DNA from: Promethearchaeati archaeon
GTDB lineage: Archaea; Asgardarchaeota; Heimdallarchaeia; JABLTI01
Reading direction: 5' to 3'
DNA: 31,448 nt
NCBI GenBank assembly: GCA_013166835.1
Contig: JABLTI010000024.1
Location: forward strand, 1-31,448
The position numbers and the translations under genes are program-made. Position 1 is the first letter of the stretch; each line of letters begins with the position of its first letter. Below are positions 9,498 to 19,342 of this stretch, one piece after another. Below the pieces are notes generated by a model. The model was not told where the DNA came from. It made no database searches and saw nothing but the letters and a program-made list of their open reading frames with translations.

Positions 9498-10607
9498 CTA
9501 GTAATTACTAACTATTTCATCTAAAGCATTCAGAAATGCTAGGTTATTTTCTTTTGTAGTAATTGACATTCTCAAATTATTTTCACAATTAGGCATGGCA
9601 CTCATATTTCTCACAAGTACACCTTTTTCTTTCAGCAGTTTTTGTTGAAGAACTGCAGCATCAATGCCTTCTAAATGAAACATAATGAAATTTGTATATG
9701 ACTTGTAAGGAGTGATCCCATCGATAGCTTCTAACCGTTTGAATACTATCTCCCTTTCAGATACAATATTGGAAACAATTTTGGAGAGTGCTTCCTTTTC
9801 TTGAAGAACTAATTTAGCTAATTCTAATGATGCAATATTAACGTTAAATGCTGGTAGTAATTCCTTTAATCTAGAAATAAGAAATTCATCAGCTAAAGCA
9901 AATCCAAGTCTCATCCCAGCCATTCCATGGAATTTGGACATACTCTTCATTATTATTAGGTTTGGATAATCCTTTAATGCATTAACTAAAGAATAACCTC
10001 CAAAATCCGTATAGGTTTCATCTAAAGCCACGATTCCCGGAAATTCCGCAATTATTTTTCTTAGTTTGTCTTCATCGAATTGATTACCAGTGGGATTATT
10101 AGGTGAACACAAGAACAATAACCGATCCTTCTTAGGGGTAATATTAGCCAGGATATAATCGGGATCAAGATCATATACAGGAGAATCAGTAAGGTATAAC
10201 TCTGTAACATCTCCTCCCTGAACTTTTATCGCATGTTCATACATTGGATAAGTAGGTGCGATAATTACTGCTGAGAAACCTGATTTAATTGTTAATCGAA
10301 CCATTAGATCAATGATCTTATCTCCACCATTACCAACTACAACTTGATTTGATTGCAGCCCATAATCAGATGTAATTATGCCACACAAGGAATCACAATA
10401 ATCTTCTGGATAAATTCGTGGATCAATTTTCTTTGCTACATCTTTGATAAGTTTCTTTATAAGCTCCTCCGGAAAAGCTAGGTTTTCATTTAAACCAATT
10501 CTAACTTTAATCTTGTCTTTTATCTTTGCAGGCATAAAACCTGATTTGCCTTTGAAAGGATCATTTATTAGTTGATTTAAATTAGATTCTTTTTTAGTCA
10601 ATGTCAT
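9498..10607 (-). CDS. hisC: Histidinol-phosphate aminotransferase-like PLP enzyme
   Basis: LNEN, GNGGD, CSPNNPTG, DETY, KSMSKFHGMAGMRLG (PLP lysine), NFIMF, GVLVR. No other his genes are nearby, so it may be an aromatic aminotransferase. Confidence 0.8.
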   Translation of the reverse strand: MTLTKKESNLNQLINDPFKGKSGFMPAKIKDKIKVRIGLNENLAFPEELIKKLIKDVAKKIDPRIYPEDYCDSLCGIITSDYGLQSNQVVVGNGGDKIIDLMVRLTIKSGFSAVIIAPTYPMYEHAIKVQGGDVTELYLTDSPVYDLDPDYILANITPKKDRLLFLCSPNNPTGNQFDEDKLRKIIAEFPGIVALDETYTDFGGYSLVNALKDYPNLIIMKSMSKFHGMAGMRLGFALADEFLISRLKELLPAFNVNIASLELAKLVLQEKEALSKIVSNIVSEREIVFKRLEAIDGITPYKSYTNFIMFHLEGIDAAVLQQKLLKEKGVLVRNMSAMPNCENNLRMSITTKENNLAFLNALDEIVSNY

Positions 10608-10750
10608 CCCACATAAGTTCTTTTTATGTTAACTAATAGCATCACTTACTAAACTAACAAAGCTAAAAAATCTTCTTTGAATATTTAATTAAAAGACTAA
10701 TTTTTGATATATCTCAAAACACTTTTGAGATAATACAACAAAATATTCCC

Positions 10751-12739
10751 ATGAAGAAGCTCACCTTTGATTTTTCAGCAGAATGGTTTAAGCTGCTGAT
10801 GATTTTCGTTGTGACATTAATAATTGGAGCACTTTTCTTCCTAATCAATAATATGTTGGGTATTTTTAACGTCTTGTTATTCATCATACAAGCAATTGTC
10901 GGAATTGTTTTTGCTGTATGGTATTTCAGGATTTTCTTAACATATGTTAAGGAGCTTCGTAAAAAGGATCCTGAAAAAAAGGTAGGAATTCCCAAAGGTT
11001 GGGCTATCTTTGGATTAATTACTTGTCTTGTAAATATCGGAATTTGGGGTATCATGTCACCTTTAGTCTTTAATTTTCCGAAAATTTACTTTCTAATTCC
11101 TAGTCTTCTTGCATTGATTCAGATTTTCTATGTTTTCAAATCAGGAAATAGAAGGGGGATTAGAGATTGGTTGTTAATCATCTACAATGTTTTTATTTTT
11201 CTCTATTTATTCAATTGGACTCTTGTAGATTTTGGAGTTGATCTTCCAAATTTCCTTGGTGTTTTTAGTCATACATTAAATAGTGGAGTTATGTGGTGGC
11301 AGCTTGTTTTTGTAAATACTAGTGCTTTCTTCTCACCAACATTTCTCTTCCCTCCATATATGCTAAATCCAAGATACTATTTTGCAATGCCAATAGATAA
11401 TTATTTAGCACAAAAAGAAATTCAAGAAAAAGAGATAACAGAAACAATTTCCTTAGAGGAAAAGCAAGCGATTATAGAGAAGGATGAGAAGGATATAGCT
11501 GGGGTGGAACAAACTAAGAAAGATCTTCCTGGTGAAAGAACACCTTTCTTTGAAGAAAGGAGAAAGCAAGAACGATTAGATGAAGAAATTAAAGCTCTCC
11601 GGAGAGAGATGTCACAATCAAAGGATGATAGCGATATAAAATATGCTCAATTTATTGGTGCGAGTGATCTACCCTTTGGTTTCAGGAATTTTATCAATCG
11701 ATTTGATTCATTTTTGCGACTCGTTTCATTAAGCATAATCATTGCATTGCTTGTTATAACTCCTGTTGTTTTTGTTGGTAATGTTTTCATGAATGTAACT
11801 CCAAACTATCTGAAACAAGATTATGGTTTAAAACCAGGAATGCAGCTCGTAATAAAAGGAAATGTCTTTTCAACATTCGATATAAATGGAAATGTATCTA
11901 CGACTTGGAGCGATGACCTTGATAATGAAATTACTTGGGCAAAAGAATTACATGCCACTCATATTCGTTATGATGTGGGTTCAAGTGCTTTAGCGAATAA
12001 TAAAACTCAAACAATATTAAGTCAGGGTTTTCAGCGGATAAGAGATGAAGGATTAAAACTAGTTATATCTGCTGCAGGCGACTATGTTTTTTCAAAACAA
12101 GAGTTATTAAATTTCATTTATAATGATTCATTATTTATTTCTCAAACATATCAACCAGATTTTATGATCATATTTAATGAAATAAATGGTGAGCTACAAG
12201 GATTTCTGAGTCAAGAAGTTTCCATCACAGAATGGATGACTTATATTGAGAACGTTACAACTGTAATAAAATCTAATAGCCCAACCACCAAAATTCTCAT
12301 TACTTTTCTAGCAATAAAAAGTGGGAGTAATGATTTTCAAACACTCTTAGAAAACACAACATTAAGCATTGATGCTGTTGGAGTAACGTATTATCCTGTT
12401 TTATTTGGATGGAGATTAAGCTCTCTTCTTGCTTATAATGAGATATATCAAAATTCGAATTCTACTTTGAAATTTTGGATAAGTGAAGTGGGTATGGAAT
12501 CATTCAATTTTGGAGAGGATGCACAAGCAAAATTCCTAAGCAAAATTATGAGTTTAGCTTCACTATCTACAGAAATAAACGCTGATGGTGTTTGTATAAC
12601 AAGTATGAGTGATAACATCGGTATAACAGTGGATCGTGGGATAACAAGCCATCTAGGATTAATTTACTTCAATGGACGCAAAAAGAAAGCATTTGAAGCT
12701 GTCAGTTATGCTTTTGGAAAAATAAGTGGAGTAGTTTAA
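10751..12739 (+). CDS. Polytopic membrane protein fused to a C-terminal clan GH-A glycoside hydrolase-like TIM barrel
   Basis: About 6-7 N-terminal TM helices, a charged linker and one further TM. Then FMIIFNEIN (acid/base NE), DAVGVTYYP, FWISEVG (nucleophile) and HLGLIYFNGRKKKAF. Confidence 0.7.
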   Translation: MKKLTFDFSAEWFKLLMIFVVTLIIGALFFLINNMLGIFNVLLFIIQAIVGIVFAVWYFRIFLTYVKELRKKDPEKKVGIPKGWAIFGLITCLVNIGIWGIMSPLVFNFPKIYFLIPSLLALIQIFYVFKSGNRRGIRDWLLIIYNVFIFLYLFNWTLVDFGVDLPNFLGVFSHTLNSGVMWWQLVFVNTSAFFSPTFLFPPYMLNPRYYFAMPIDNYLAQKEIQEKEITETISLEEKQAIIEKDEKDIAGVEQTKKDLPGERTPFFEERRKQERLDEEIKALRREMSQSKDDSDIKYAQFIGASDLPFGFRNFINRFDSFLRLVSLSIIIALLVITPVVFVGNVFMNVTPNYLKQDYGLKPGMQLVIKGNVFSTFDINGNVSTTWSDDLDNEITWAKELHATHIRYDVGSSALANNKTQTILSQGFQRIRDEGLKLVISAAGDYVFSKQELLNFIYNDSLFISQTYQPDFMIIFNEINGELQGFLSQEVSITEWMTYIENVTTVIKSNSPTTKILITFLAIKSGSNDFQTLLENTTLSIDAVGVTYYPVLFGWRLSSLLAYNEIYQNSNSTLKFWISEVGMESFNFGEDAQAKFLSKIMSLASLSTEINADGVCITSMSDNIGITVDRGITSHLGLIYFNGRKKKAFEAVSYAFGKISGVV

Positions 12740-12874
12740 GAGCAAATCCTTCATTTTCTGAGCAAAGCAATTAAAAAGAAGTATATTTTATCTTCTTATA
12801 TAAGAAGAACTAGAAAAAGTTAAAATAATCATCTTCGATAGATAAATCGATTTTGCCCGGAGGGGCTAGAAACA

Positions 12875-13432
12875 ATGAGTTTTCGTGAAAGAAGATACAA
12901 AACACCTGCTGATAAAGACATAAAATTAAGATTGTTGGACTGGACAGATTTAAATGGAATAACAAAATTCCACGGTGAGCTTTACGACTCGAATTACTTT
13001 GATTCTCCTCCAAATACAACACTAGAAGTTAGATATGTTTTAAGAAACCTTGAAGCTCGTGAATTAGCGGGTGGATTGAGCCTTGTTGCAGAACATCAAA
13101 AGGAGATTATTGCAGAAGCAACTTTAGAAACAAGTATATTTGGCATCCCAGTTCAAAAGCACATAGGCAAAATCTGGCTTGTTGTTTTACCTGAATGGAG
13201 ACGACTAGGAATAGGAACAGAATTATTGACAGCATTAGAGCATTTTGCAATTAGAAATGGAATCATGACCTTATGGACACATTTTGAAAGAGACTGCGAA
13301 ATAGAAGAGAAATTTTACTGCGAGAAACACAAATACGTTAAAACAGGTCTTGTCAAGAAAGCCCTTATGCGTCAGAATAAACCAAAAGATCACCTGTTAG
13401 TTCAGAAGGAACTCCCAAGAGGCGGAATATAA
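12875..13432 (+). CDS. GNAT-family N-acetyltransferase
   Basis: Acetyl-CoA motif A VLPEWRRLGIGTELL; KFYCEKHKY; GGAGG SD. Confidence 0.85.
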   Translation: MSFRERRYKTPADKDIKLRLLDWTDLNGITKFHGELYDSNYFDSPPNTTLEVRYVLRNLEARELAGGLSLVAEHQKEIIAEATLETSIFGIPVQKHIGKIWLVVLPEWRRLGIGTELLTALEHFAIRNGIMTLWTHFERDCEIEEKFYCEKHKYVKTGLVKKALMRQNKPKDHLLVQKELPRGGI

Positions 13433-13583
13433 GTCCCCAAATATTATATTCCCACTCTATCTTTCTTTATTATGCATAGTATAGATTGTACTGTATTTTG
13501 ACCATTGATAAGCTCTATGGCAAGAGATAAAAATGTGATTCTTTCTGAAGGTATTATATCTCTATCTGGAGAAGATACTTGTC

Positions 13584-15071
13584 ATGAGTGAATCTAAAAA
13601 ACCAAAAATTGCCATTATAACCCTGATACAAGAAGGAGTTGTAAAAGTAGGGGGAGAACATGCAATGCTCTTCCCTTATGTTGAACAAATTATCAAGACA
13701 GCAGAAGATGTTGCAGATAAGATTGAAGTTATTCCATATGTAATCTCTCCTCGACCAAAGAAGCAAGAAAAGCTAGCAAGAGTTGAAGAATTAATCGAGA
13801 AAATGAAACAAACTAATGAGGGGCAGATGATCCTTGTTTCTAATGGGGCAGCTGGACCTTATGCCAATCCTTGGAATTGGGAGAAATATGGTCATGAAAC
13901 AAATAAGGTGATAATTAAATTAGCAAAAGAAAGGAAATTAGATGGAATTGTTATCATGGCTCATGGGTATTCAAGTATCCCCGCGGTACTAAATATAACA
14001 ACAGCCCAAGATAATGATTTGTACAATAATATTCCAATTAATAGTTACTACATCACTCATTCAAGTTACGACGAACATAAAGATAATCGGGCTCAAAGAC
14101 GTATTCTCGAGACAGAAGTGCAAAATCATGCTAAGATGATTGCTATTAGTCCATACATGAGTAATCATCTCGCGGAAATCGGTCTTGCTAAGAGTAGCAG
14201 TGACACTATCCCGTTATATAATGCTTTACCAGACAAAGGTTGGTTCTCAAATAAAGTTCCTAAAAGCATAATCATGGAGATGCTTGAAGAACGAAATGAA
14301 AAAGTAGGACTAGGTCCTTTTTATGGTTCAAAGTTACCTATCAAAGATATTGTTGACGGGAAAAAAGAATTAGTACTATACTTTGGAAGAGCACAAAAAT
14401 ATGTGAAGGGAACAGATGCAGTAATTGCCTGTGCTAAAAAAGACACCAAAAGACACTATATGTTAATTTGCAGTGGTTCCCAATCAGAACTAGATTGGCA
14501 TAAAAAGATGATTGGTAAAACAAATAATACAACATTGGCATGGGAACACAATTCAAAATTAGTTCTTGGAACAGTTCAATTAACAGAAAATAATCCAGAT
14601 GCTAGAATCAGTGCTTTGTTCCTTTCTCGCCGAGAACCAATGGGTTTAGTTAGCAGAGAAGTAGTTTTAATGCAGGAAAATGGTTCTGTTCTACCAATTG
14701 TCTCTGGTCAATGTGGATTCGATGATCAATGGCAAAAAGAATTCAGCTTTGTTGTTGAAAATCCAAGTTCTTGCGAAGATGACCCCATTAAACGGAAAAC
14801 AAATTCTCAGCTTGCAAAAGATAATGAGCTTTTTATTCATGATGATTGTATAAAAGCTACTCTCAAAGCACTTGATGAATTGAGTAAAATACCAGTACCA
14901 GAATTAAGAACTCGAGTTCAGCAATATAAAGAAGCCATTAAAGAAAACTATTCCCAGAATAGTTATTGGTCTTTTTATCTGCAAGCGATAGAAAAATTAG
15001 ATTCAGAATTTGAATCATATATTAAAGAGAAATTAGATAATAATAATTTAGCAACAATACCTAATGTTTAG
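13584..15071 (+). CDS. Divergent GT-B fold glycosyltransferase (GT4-like)
   Basis: N-terminal VGGE loop, IAISPY, LYFGRAQKYVKG and the E-x7-E motif SRREPMGLVSRE. Confidence 0.7.
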   Translation: MSESKKPKIAIITLIQEGVVKVGGEHAMLFPYVEQIIKTAEDVADKIEVIPYVISPRPKKQEKLARVEELIEKMKQTNEGQMILVSNGAAGPYANPWNWEKYGHETNKVIIKLAKERKLDGIVIMAHGYSSIPAVLNITTAQDNDLYNNIPINSYYITHSSYDEHKDNRAQRRILETEVQNHAKMIAISPYMSNHLAEIGLAKSSSDTIPLYNALPDKGWFSNKVPKSIIMEMLEERNEKVGLGPFYGSKLPIKDIVDGKKELVLYFGRAQKYVKGTDAVIACAKKDTKRHYMLICSGSQSELDWHKKMIGKTNNTTLAWEHNSKLVLGTVQLTENNPDARISALFLSRREPMGLVSREVVLMQENGSVLPIVSGQCGFDDQWQKEFSFVVENPSSCEDDPIKRKTNSQLAKDNELFIHDDCIKATLKALDELSKIPVPELRTRVQQYKEAIKENYSQNSYWSFYLQAIEKLDSEFESYIKEKLDNNNLATIPNV

Positions 15072-15083
15072 ATCTTTCAAAAC

Positions 15084-15554
15084 CTACATTAGTTTCAAAA
15101 TCTCATCTAAAATTGGATTTGGATTGTTACTATCAGGGCATTCGGAGCATTCCGAATGTTTCCCACAGTTTTTTTGAGCTATTCCCGAATCAAGTAATGT
15201 TTTCTTAAAATTATCAAAAGATGTTATCTCCCCGCTGAAATCAGTTAGAAACGTCCCATACTCTCTAAAAAATAAACGTGCGATTCTTCTAAGCTTGGTG
15301 CTGATAGTAGTGAAGCTATCATCGAGATCAGAAACAATAATGTAAAGTAAACCATCACTTTTTAGAAAATTCACATTAGTATTTTTAAATTTGAGTTGAT
15401 CTAAAGATCCTTGTTCAAATTCCTCTGAGAAGGAAATCAATGCATCAAAAAATCCTGAAAGTAATATTGGATTTCCATGCAGACTATGGCAGCTACCATA
15501 ATTATCACTAAGTAAAGTGGATCCATCTTTAATTATAATCAAATTTTGAATCAT
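15084..15554 (-). CDS. Stand-alone longin-like domain protein with Cys/His-rich C-terminal tail
   Basis: MIQNLIIIKDGSTLL (beta1-2), LLSGFFDALISFSEE (alpha1), LLYIIVSD, KLRRIARLFFREY, FSGEITSFDNF, matching the pattern I know from Asgard longins; tail CGKHSECSECP. Confidence 0.7.
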   Translation of the reverse strand: MIQNLIIIKDGSTLLSDNYGSCHSLHGNPILLSGFFDALISFSEEFEQGSLDQLKFKNTNVNFLKSDGLLYIIVSDLDDSFTTISTKLRRIARLFFREYGTFLTDFSGEITSFDNFKKTLLDSGIAQKNCGKHSECSECPDSNNPNPILDEILKLM

Positions 15555-15797
15555 TCTAAAACAATATCCATGGATTGTTTTAAATTTACTTTTAATAATT
15601 ATCTAAGATAACAGAAGCATCTTTAACTGATTTTATTATAAAAACTTTTCATCGATTTCACTAGAAATTTGCTGATACGCATACATTTATTTTTTTAACT
15701 AATAAAATGTCAGCTGCACATTGAAAAATTAGTTATTTCCTAATTAAAATCAATCAAATTAAAAAAATTAAGTCAGAATAATGATCCATTAGAGGGT

Positions 15798-18700
15798 TTG
15801 ATTATGGTAAAAGTAGAAAGAAAAAAAGAAGAATCTACAAGTAAAAATTCAAAAGACCCTCAAATGAATCAAGAGTCAGATGAATCTGTAGATACAGAAG
15901 AAATTTATGTTCTTAAACAAGAATTAATTGAAACTGAAAGGAAAGCATTAGGACTTTTTGAACTAACAAATGATGCCATTTTTTTGATTGATCTTGATGG
16001 TAATTATCTTGATGTAAACCAACGAGCAGCAGAAATGCTTGGTTATAATCGACATGATATGATTGGTCAATCAAAACTTAACTTCATTGTTGAAGATGAA
16101 CATGAAAGCGCCAAAGAAAAACTTGAAGATTTATTAGCTGGAAGAATAATTCCAATCTATACTAGACGATTCAAGAGAAGCGATGGAACAGTTTTCCCAG
16201 CAGAAATCAATGCTGCTGTTGTCCAAGATGAAGAAGGGGAACCAGAATATATCCAAAGTGCTGTTAGAGATATTAGTGAAAGAGTTGAAGCAGAAGAAGC
16301 TCTTGAACGTGAAAGAAGGGCCTATCATCTAATTGCAGAAGCAACAATTTTTGCTACTGATATCAAAGATTTAGGACAACGTATCATCTCAGGAATTACT
16401 CATATATTAGGTTTTGACGCTTCAACATTCAGATTGTATGATCCAAATACAGGTTTGCTTTTTCCAGTAGCACAGGAAGATTTCGTTCAAAATACACCAG
16501 ATCCCGCGGTTGTTCCACAACCATTGGATAGTCCAAATCATTTCTTTGCATTAGCTGCGAGGGAGAAGCGAGCATTAGTTTCCTCCAGATTTGAGGATAG
16601 AAAGTTACTCGCTCCTTTTCAAGAAAGAATGAAAAAATTAGGTATACATGCCTTCATAACTTGGCCAATATTAGATGGCAATAATCGATTATTGGGTGTT
16701 TTACAATTAGTATCATATAAACCAAAAGAAATACCGGAAGAAGATATGATATTCTTTCAAACAATAGCACGTATGTTTACAGTAGCCTTAGAAAGGAAAC
16801 GAGCTGAAGAAAAACTAAAAGAAAGCGAAGAAAAGTACCGATCATTTGCTCAAAACTTCCAAGGAATTGCTTATCGAACAAAAATAGATTGGACTCCTGT
16901 TTTCTTTCATGGTGCAGTGAAGGATATAACTGGTTATAGTGAGAATGAGCTTCTTTTCTGGAATCCAAGATGGGAAAATATCGTTCATCCAAATGATAAG
17001 GAATACGTAAGTAAAATGGAAAATGAATTACGAATAATTCCCGGTCATGTAATTGAGATAGAGTATAGAATAATAAGAAAAGATGGACAAATTCGATGGA
17101 TATATGAAATAAGTCAGAACATTTGTGACGAGAACCGAATTCCAATTTATATTCAAGGGGCGATTAATGATATTTCTGAGAGAAAACGTACTGAAAACAT
17201 GCAAACTATCCAACAAGATCTTGGTATATCATTGAGTTCATTAACTAATCTAAAAGAAGCATTGGATTCAGTACTAAAAGCAACATGTAGAATTGACGTA
17301 ATAGAGTGTGGGAGTATCCACCTTGTAGATAAGGATACTGGTTTTCTTAATCCTATTTCAACAAAAGAATTGAGTAAAGAGTTTGTAGAAAAAATATCCT
17401 ATTTCTCAACAGAATCTCCATTCACTAAAGCAATTATGACTGGTCAACCCATTTATAGTGACTTTAATGACTTGATTCAAGATATCGATGAAAATATCGT
17501 AAAGAGTGAAAAACTTCATGCCCTAGCTAATATCCCAATTTATTCTGAAGATAAAATCATAGCAATGTTAACTTTAGGTTCTCGAACTTCAGATACAATT
17601 CCAATGAATACTCGAAGAACTTTAGAAATAATATCTTCAATTATTGGAGGAGCAATTGCTAGGATTAGAGCTGAATTTGCTTTGAGAGAAAGTGATGAGA
17701 AATATAGAACATTTGTACAAAACTTTCAAGGAATTGCTTATCGATTAAATAATCAAAACGAACTGTTATTCTTTGCAGGTGCAGTTGAAGAAATAACCGG
17801 TTATATGTCAGAAGAATTAGTTGCTGGAAAATCAAGTCGTGATGAAATTATTCATCCTTATGATTTAGAAGAATTAAACAATAAGCTAAAGGAATCAACA
17901 AACTATCCATCAAATATTGGAAAACATGAATATCGAATTATTACGAAAGATGGGCAAATACGTTGGGTACAAGATATTTGGCAACCATTAAAGGATGAGG
18001 TGGGAACTGTTGTTGGGTTCCTCGGATCAATGCACAATATCACTGATAGAAAATTGGCTCAGAATGAGATTCAAAAACTATATCAGGATTTAGAACGAAG
18101 AGTTGAAGATCGAACAGAACAACTAACAGCAACTAATAAAGAATTAACAGCGTTCTCCTATTCGGTTTCACACGATCTAAGAACTCCAATCCGGCATATT
18201 GGAGGATTTGCAACTCTTTTAGAGAAACGAATAACCTCCATAGAAGGCGTGGATGAAAAAATAATTAGCTATACTCAAAAAATCATAGATTCAGTAGAGG
18301 AAATGAACAAACTCATAGATGGTCTACTAACATTCTCAAGAATGAGTAGAGTTGAAATGGTGAAAATAAGAATTAATTTCACTGAATTAGTTCAAGATGT
18401 CTTAAACGATTTCCAAGTAGAACTAGGAAATAGAAAAATAGATGTGACAGTTAGTTTCCTCCCAGATGTATTAGGTGATCCTTCATTATTACGATTAATT
18501 CTGGTAAATCTAATAGCTAATGCTTTGAAATTCACAAAGAAAAGAGAGATAGCAGAAATTGAAATCGGAACAATGCCATCAAAAGACCCAGATAAAATAA
18601 CAGTCTTCATACGCGATAATGGTGTCGGTTTTGACATGAAATATTATGATAGATTATTCGGTGTATTCCAGAGACTTCATAAAAATGAGGATTTTGAAGG

Positions 18701-18839
18701 AACAGGTATTGGGTTAGCAACAGTTCAAAGAGTTATTAGAAGAATGGGCGGAACAATTTGGGCTGAGAGTGAAATTGACAAAGGGGCTACTTTTTATTTC
18801 TCAATACTTGCAGCATCTGTCAATGATGAAGAACAGTAG
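15798..18839 (+). CDS. Soluble multi-sensor histidine kinase PAS-GAF-PAS-GAF-PAS-HisKA-HATPase
   Basis: PAS/PAC ends RDISER, NDISER, HNITDR. H box FSYSVSHDLRTP, N box NLIANALKF, DNGVGF, FQRLH, GTGIGLA. No TM helices. Start may be ATG 15804. Confidence 0.93.
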   Translation: MIMVKVERKKEESTSKNSKDPQMNQESDESVDTEEIYVLKQELIETERKALGLFELTNDAIFLIDLDGNYLDVNQRAAEMLGYNRHDMIGQSKLNFIVEDEHESAKEKLEDLLAGRIIPIYTRRFKRSDGTVFPAEINAAVVQDEEGEPEYIQSAVRDISERVEAEEALERERRAYHLIAEATIFATDIKDLGQRIISGITHILGFDASTFRLYDPNTGLLFPVAQEDFVQNTPDPAVVPQPLDSPNHFFALAAREKRALVSSRFEDRKLLAPFQERMKKLGIHAFITWPILDGNNRLLGVLQLVSYKPKEIPEEDMIFFQTIARMFTVALERKRAEEKLKESEEKYRSFAQNFQGIAYRTKIDWTPVFFHGAVKDITGYSENELLFWNPRWENIVHPNDKEYVSKMENELRIIPGHVIEIEYRIIRKDGQIRWIYEISQNICDENRIPIYIQGAINDISERKRTENMQTIQQDLGISLSSLTNLKEALDSVLKATCRIDVIECGSIHLVDKDTGFLNPISTKELSKEFVEKISYFSTESPFTKAIMTGQPIYSDFNDLIQDIDENIVKSEKLHALANIPIYSEDKIIAMLTLGSRTSDTIPMNTRRTLEIISSIIGGAIARIRAEFALRESDEKYRTFVQNFQGIAYRLNNQNELLFFAGAVEEITGYMSEELVAGKSSRDEIIHPYDLEELNNKLKESTNYPSNIGKHEYRIITKDGQIRWVQDIWQPLKDEVGTVVGFLGSMHNITDRKLAQNEIQKLYQDLERRVEDRTEQLTATNKELTAFSYSVSHDLRTPIRHIGGFATLLEKRITSIEGVDEKIISYTQKIIDSVEEMNKLIDGLLTFSRMSRVEMVKIRINFTELVQDVLNDFQVELGNRKIDVTVSFLPDVLGDPSLLRLILVNLIANALKFTKKREIAEIEIGTMPSKDPDKITVFIRDNGVGFDMKYYDRLFGVFQRLHKNEDFEGTGIGLATVQRVIRRMGGTIWAESEIDKGATFYFSILAASVNDEEQ

Positions 18840-18855
18840 AAAGAGGTTTAGTTTT

Positions 18856-19284
18856 TTATAGTCTATATTTCCACATTGGAATCAATTTTGTAAATGCCTT
18901 ATCCTCATCATTTTTTTCAATATTCTCGAATAATTCCAACAATGAATCTTTTACAAGGTATATATTGCTTGTAGATGTGGGATAGCTTAAGGCGAAATTT
19001 AGTAGTGGAAAGTACTTTTCTTCTAATTCTTGTACTGCATTAATCAACATGGGATACAATCCATTTGGAATAGGCAAATCTTTTACCCAAGCAATTGCCT
19101 CTGTAACTGTTGGTTCAGAACCTTCAGCTATACTATAAGATGCTATTGCAATCTGATTTATTGCTTCTTGACAGTACTCAAAAACAGCGTCATGATTCAG
19201 GGTCCGTCTAGATCTTAGTGCTGCTTCATGATTCCTGACTGCTTCATTCACGATTTGTGAAATTTTATCTGGATCACTTATCAT
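18856..19284 (-). CDS. Hypothetical all-alpha protein, possibly a degenerate HEPN-like fold
   Basis: Clean 142-aa ORF with AAGGT upstream; helical pattern AVFEYCQEAINQIAIASYSIAEG. The fold call is weak. Confidence 0.5.
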   Translation of the reverse strand: MISDPDKISQIVNEAVRNHEAALRSRRTLNHDAVFEYCQEAINQIAIASYSIAEGSEPTVTEAIAWVKDLPIPNGLYPMLINAVQELEEKYFPLLNFALSYPTSTSNIYLVKDSLLELFENIEKNDEDKAFTKLIPMWKYRL

Positions 19285-19342
19285 CTTTCTTACCTTTAAT
19301 CTGTGTAATTATTGATTTTCTTTTGTTAAATACTATTCTAAT

